Shown here piece by piece: positions 61,801 to 64,000 of a stretch of DNA of 64,000 nt (positions are counted from its first letter, which is position 1; every line of letters starts with the position of its first letter). The notes beneath the pieces were generated by a model. The model was not told where the DNA came from. It ran no database searches and saw nothing but the letters and a program-made list of their open reading frames with translations. The stretch spans positions 6,424,597 to 6,488,596 of the forward strand of contig NW_002060946.1 in assembly GCF_000150275.1 (NCBI RefSeq), in the 5' to 3' direction. The stretch is from Trichoplax adhaerens (Eukaryota > Animalia > Placozoa). The translations under genes were made by a program, and so were the position numbers.

Positions 61801-63790
61801 GTTGATAATGAACTCCTAGCTTCTATAGTCTCAAAACTTTATTTATATAATATTTCATTGATTAAAGTGGGAAAACTTTAAGTTTCAATATTGTATTCTA
61901 TTTTTATACCTATCTGTAAATACAAGTCGAATGATGTGTCTTAAAATTTTTAATTTAAAGTCCTACTTTATTATTTTCAAATATGGTTTTGCAATTACGT
62001 CGATAGTTTTTATTCGAAGTATCACAATTAAAGTAAGAAAGGTCAAGGTGAAATTAGACTATAAAGCTATACTGTAAATCAGCAGATATTGCGTCACTTT
62101 TTTATAGTTAGGCTTCTTAGACTATAATGAATGTAAGTAATACGAGTAATAACCAATTGACTGCTAAAAGTAGCTATAACCTCAATTTTAAGTACAAAGA
62201 ATTTTTGATGATTAAATTCATTGAATTAGCCCCTTATTGCCGGGCTATTGGCTTTGAAACTACGCTGCCTGATATCGCCTTCGAGTAAAAAGATAGCGAT
62301 TGAATGAGCGACACCGGAGGAATCATGATTGCAGTATCAAATCTCGCTATTTTTAAACAAAATGTCGATACAACAATTAAGTAACAATTATGAAAATCAT
62401 ATCACCTCACGGAAATTAAATATTTATAAGATGCTATAGAGTGAAGAATGAATTAAGCCATATCGATCGTTGAGCATTGTTGAAGCTCTATCTATTCTAC
62501 TGGTCTAGTTAAGAAATAAGAAATACGAGAATTTTCACAGCAGCTGTAGCGGTCTATCTAACTGAAGGCGCGATATTTGATTTATTTTTGATATAGCAAA
62601 GGTCAGCATGATCACCGTGCTGAAGCTAGACTAATATTGCGTTATTACACCTTTGAGTGAGATGATATGCATTAAAATAATCAATAGGCTTCATCAGGAG
62701 CTGATCATTTTAGCCCAAATCAAGGGATGCTTAAATCGGTTTAAAAAGTACGATTGATCTATTGATCGAATTAGAACGAAACGTAGATCATAAATGTATT
62801 CCATGTATTCGTATGTAATCCATCTGTTGTAGTTGAAAGATCTCGATCATATCGTACAAAATCGACGTCATAAAACTGTGTACGCTAGAAGATTATAATG
62901 TAGATCAAATTCAACCTTAGATCATCCAATGGTTCATTCATTGTAAACCTAGAACTGCAATACAGTCCATTTCGGTAGTTTTGCAATCTATCAATGAACT
63001 TCATAACTTTGTCAATGTCTGCAATGATTATTTAACTCGCGCCTGGTGGTAGATGTGGCCCCGAAATAACTCAATTACGCTAGTGGTTATTACACTGGCA
63101 ATGAACAGAACATGACCCGACTTTGAAGTCATCTTATTAACTGCATAACCAATGTTGAAAGTGACTCTTAACAAGTAATTATCGAATAAAGCTTTGGAAG
63201 GACTTTACTTTAAATAAATAGTATCAGTTTGGTAGAATAGTCTGTTTTTGTCAGGCCACAAAGAATCCGTTATCAGCAAGAGCAATTGTGAACGATCCTA
63301 TTTTCACGTCGGATTAGAATTCATGCATCACAATATTCTGTGAAGGAGTAGGATGATAAAAAAATCCTGTAATTTGCATCGATTACGTGAATCCTATTGA
63401 TGGACCACTTTCTTCGATATTAGCTGAGCCTTTAAAATAGAGAGTACAATCGTAACAACCAGCTAGGAGATTCGGTGGGGGGGGGGGGAAGCTGAAGGTA
63501 TGCAGGATGCCAGATAATTACAGTTTGTGGACGATTTGACAGTGGTATCATTGTTTGTTGTTTGCTATTGGTTGTTGAAAAAATCTTCCACTATTTTATG
63601 TGGCCGTTTAGTCAAGAAAATTTCTATCCATAACGTTAGCAGCATCCTCTATGTCAAGCCAGATTGCTAATCATAATTATATATACAAGAAATGATCTCT
63701 GTAATCACCTCTGACGAATAAACTATCTAGAATAGGGAATGCAATGGATCACTTATCTCGTATTGAACGCAATCCGAGTATGCCATCAAT

Positions 63791-64000
63791 GAATGGATTT
63801 TAGTCAATTATTATTGCATAGAGAAGCAAGATAGACTTGATCAATTTCAATTTGTGAATCAGTAGAATATAGAGTATACTGTACATACAGTAAATAGACG
63901 AATGGATTTTAGTCAATCCTTATTGCATAGAGAAGCAAGATAGACTTGATCAATTTCAATTTGAGAATCAGTACAATATAGAGTGTACTGTGCATACAGT
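63791..64000. repeat. Tandem repeat, 109-bp unit, at least 2 copies, reaching the window edge
   Basis: gaatggattttagtcaat..ttattgcatagagaagcaagatagacttgatcaatttcaatttg.gaatcagta occurs at 63791 and 63900. Confidence 0.93.

Overview
This is AT-rich, intron-dense eukaryotic (animal) genomic DNA with many short GT-AG introns. The style suggests a compact early-branching metazoan such as a placozoan (Trichoplax-like); that assignment is inference only. Six spliced genes can be reconstructed by hand: (1) the 5' part of BMS1 (-, runs off the left edge); (2) FANCD2 (-, monoubiquitination lysine conserved); (3) cytosolic aconitase/IRP1, ACO1 (+, divergent from FANCD2); (4) an MGAT4/GT54 GlcNAc-transferase (+); (5-6) two tandem 16-exon M13 neprilysin/ECE-like zinc peptidases (-), one canonical and one strongly diverged but intact. 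Non-coding structure includes a 223/231-bp tandem array with A-B-A-B higher-order order between FANCD2 and ACO1, and a hairpin-rich 246-bp duplication in ACO1 intron 1. A decayed ankyrin-like coding relic with two repeat arrays lies between the M13 genes. There are also several small hairpin-bearing duplications and an ~8-kb ORF-free right end. Most short entries in the ORF track are exon fragments or noise. I found no prokaryote-type system (CRISPR, operon, IS element) and cannot honestly claim a new biological system. The best leads are the divergent M13 paralog, the ankyrin-like relic/satellite and the structured intronic repeats.
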